Source: an uncultured Acidobacteriota bacterium (GTDB taxonomy: Bacteria > Acidobacteriota > Vicinamibacteria > Vicinamibacterales > 2-12-FULL-66-21). From it: a DNA stretch of 64,000 nucleotides. Within the stretch, counting starts at the first letter, position 1. Each line of letters opens with the position of its first letter. Made by a program: the position numbers and the translations under genes. Positions 63,541 through 64,000 of the stretch are shown here, in pieces. Under the pieces are notes generated by a model, which made no database searches, was not told the DNA's origin, and saw only the letters and a list, made by a program, of their open reading frames with translations. Location of the stretch: assembly GCA_963710415.1 (NCBI GenBank), contig CAVQAH010000024.1:150234-214233 (forward strand), given 5' to 3'.

Positions 63541-63613
63541 CCTTGTAGTCGTGAGTCGACTAGTCGTCAGTCAGTCGACTGACTGTCGACTGCCGACTGC
63601 CGACTCCCGACTG
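63541..63613. repeat. Inverted heptamer element (GACTGNC type) in the rpmJ-rpsM spacer
   Basis: The left arm is 'GTAGTCG TGAGTCG ACTAGTC GTCAGTC AGTC'. The right arm is 'GACTGTC GACTGCC GACTGCC GACTCCC GACTGTC'. Confidence 0.8.
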
Positions 63614-63727
63614 TCATCCCTGTCTCTGCTTGTGCTTCTGATTCGGGCAGATCACCCGCACCACGCCGCGGCGGCGGACGATCTTGCACTTGTCACAAAT
63701 TCGTTTGACCGATGCTCTGACCTTCAT
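63614..63727 (-). CDS. rpmJ: 50S ribosomal protein L36
   Basis: Not in the ORF track because it is too short. My own minus-strand translation gives '[37 protein letters not shown]' (37 aa). Confidence 0.9.
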   Translation of the reverse strand: MKVRASVKRICDKCKIVRRRGVVRVICPNQKHKQRQG

Positions 63728-63745
63728 GACGCGCTTGTGCCTTCC

Positions 63746-63946
63746 TTACGAAATCTTCTCGACGATCCGGCCGCGCGTGAGATCCCGCGGCGACAGCTCG
63801 ATGCGAACGCGATCTCCGACCAGCACCCGGATGAAGTTCTTGCCGGGCCCACTCGGTGCGTGCGCGGTCACCTGCCGCTGCTTGTCGATCCCCACCTTGT
63901 AGAGACCGTGCGGCAACTGCGCCAGCACCGTTCCTTCAACCACCAC
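63746..63946 (-). CDS. infA: Translation initiation factor IF-1
   Basis: ORF 63746..63946 (66 aa, GTG start) with 'VEGTVLAQLPHGLYKV...KNFIRVLVGDRVRIELSPRDLTRGRIV'. Confidence 0.9.
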   Translation of the reverse strand: MVVEGTVLAQLPHGLYKVGIDKQRQVTAHAPSGPGKNFIRVLVGDRVRIELSPRDLTRGRIVEKIS

Positions 63947-63954
63947 CCTCGCTC

Positions 63955-64000
63955 AACTACGCGCTGCCGCACGTCGCACGTGGCACGTCGGCACGTCGCA
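63955..64000. repeat. GCACGTC-type heptamer array upstream of infA (runs off the window)
   Basis: 'GCACGTC GCACGTG GCACGTC GGCACGTC GCA' read directly. Confidence 0.7.

Overview
High-GC (roughly two-thirds G+C) bacterial chromosomal window. Gene content and pilin signatures resemble Acidobacteriota- or Myxococcota-like genomes, but lineage cannot be proven from this sequence. Left to right: tatC; an OmpA-family outer-membrane protein; a HEAT-repeat protein; a ~15-kb ABC-transporter-dependent (Wzm/Wzt) glycan cluster rich in GT2/GT4 glycosyltransferases (3.8-19 kb); proS, nadB and aroB. A ~28-kb type IV pilus (T4P) supercluster follows, all on the minus strand (23.3-51.1 kb). In transcription order it reads pilB-pilT-pilC-pilS-pilR, three tandem pilins, a VKOR-DsbA fusion, an ABC ATPase/permease/unknown trio, pilD, a histidine kinase, fimT-pilV-pilW-pilX-pilY1, a zinc-ribbon/TPR protein, a second pilV-pilW-pilX set, a secreted coiled-coil protein and an NtrC-type regulator. 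After that come an outer-membrane barrel, a Yip1 protein, a MacA-like adaptor with two FtsX permeases, a four-helix-bundle gene, an EF-G paralog, and the infA-rpmJ-rpsM-rpsK-rpsD-rpoA-rplQ operon. Two observations cut across the window. (1) About 45 frameshift-type ORF breaks occur, including in proS, rpsM, nadB and aroB, so most are probably indel errors rather than true pseudogenes. (2) Nearly every intergenic spacer, even inside operons, is built of degenerate tandem heptamers arranged as inverted repeats, with the unit sequence differing between loci. Other notable points are sigma54 promoters abutting the start codons of both minor-pilin modules, and a shared TGACA-N5-TGTCA palindrome upstream of pilA and pilB. 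No rRNA, tRNA, CRISPR array or transposase was found.
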